This document shows, piece after piece, positions 63,223-64,000 of a DNA stretch of 64,000 nucleotides (position 1 is its first letter; every line of letters starts with the position of its first letter). The DNA comes from Tubulanus polymorphus. Its lineage: Eukaryota; Animalia; Nemertea. The notes beneath the pieces are model-generated. The model was not told the origin of the DNA, ran no database searches, and saw only the letters and a list, made by a program, of their open reading frames with translations. The stretch is from positions 5,952,001 to 6,016,000 of the forward strand of contig NC_134029.1 of assembly GCF_964204645.1 (NCBI RefSeq). The letters are read 5' to 3'. The position numbers and the translations under genes were made by a program.

Positions 63223-64000
63223 CGGAAATGTTCTCCTTTGATTTTTAATCGGATATGTTTGTCAGATTATCAATTTCCAACGCGCTAAAACAACTGAAAT
63301 ATGTGCGCGTAGCGGGTCGATATTTGGTGACGTGAAATTCTAGCCAACTGAACGCCTCGACCTGACCGCATTTTCAAACCTAACATTTCAATGGTGTATG
63401 ACACTTTTTGCGATTTGATATTTTATATTGTGCATCGAATGGGTACTTCAAATAAGTGAACAATATTATACTACAAAATACTAGTTTCGATTTCACATTG
63501 CAATCGATCGGTTGAGACCGCGACAAAAATCGCGAAGCTTTCACATGTTATTGAAATAGAATGGCAGCAAAAGTTCAAAAGGATATGTCCTTAATTTATG
63601 CCGACATCTTTTCTCTAACGAATTCAGCATCGATCTGTTACGGAAGAGGTGAATCAAAGTGAATCTAAATTTGATTAAAATGTCATCGGGAGTTTTCTGT
63701 CTGTTACACGTATTTGATCATTTTACCGTTGACATTTATTACGTATTCGTGCATACGCAGCAATTATAGTCCGTTATTCTTAAATTTCGTCCGGCTCACT
63801 AACACCGCCTTTTATTCCAATCCGGCACGTTCGCCACGGATCCACCATTGTATTTTGGGCAACCGTCATCTTCGAAAAGAAAAAATCCCGATCAGTGGCA
63901 ATGGGAAGCTGTAACACTAGTTATTCCGCCAGTTGGCGTTACGAGCGCGCCTAACGTTGCCAACATCAATTCAATATCAATGAACTGAATCCTTATGCTC

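Overview
This is AT-rich, intron-containing animal DNA. It looks like an invertebrate, possibly a lophotrochozoan, but the species cannot be determined from the sequence. Four spliced genes can be assembled by hand with GT-AG junctions and consistent reading phases: (1) a CCDC158-like coiled-coil gene (minus strand, runs off the left edge); (2) a K+-dependent Na+/Ca2+ exchanger of the SLC24A1/2-Nckx30C type (minus, CDS 16675-30004); (3) a head-to-head PLP/DM20/M6-family proteolipid gene (plus, CDS 34359-38650); (4) a PGAP2/Frag1-like gene (minus, CDS 43677-48834). A fifth, unrecognised small spliced gene may lie at 62350-63222 (minus). Introns and UTRs carry many MITEs, tRNA-derived SINEs and (TA)n tracts. 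The most notable observations are a tandemly duplicated alternative last exon in the proteolipid gene with a candidate structured RNA between the copies, a cluster of frame-preserving microexons in the NCKX cytoplasmic loop, a probable alternative Cys-rich first exon of CCDC158, CAG-ended elements with 5-6 bp target duplications, a roughly 180-bp palindrome built around a TA microsatellite, and strong over-representation of the octamer TAGGCCTA. All family assignments come from recalled sequence motifs, not database searches.
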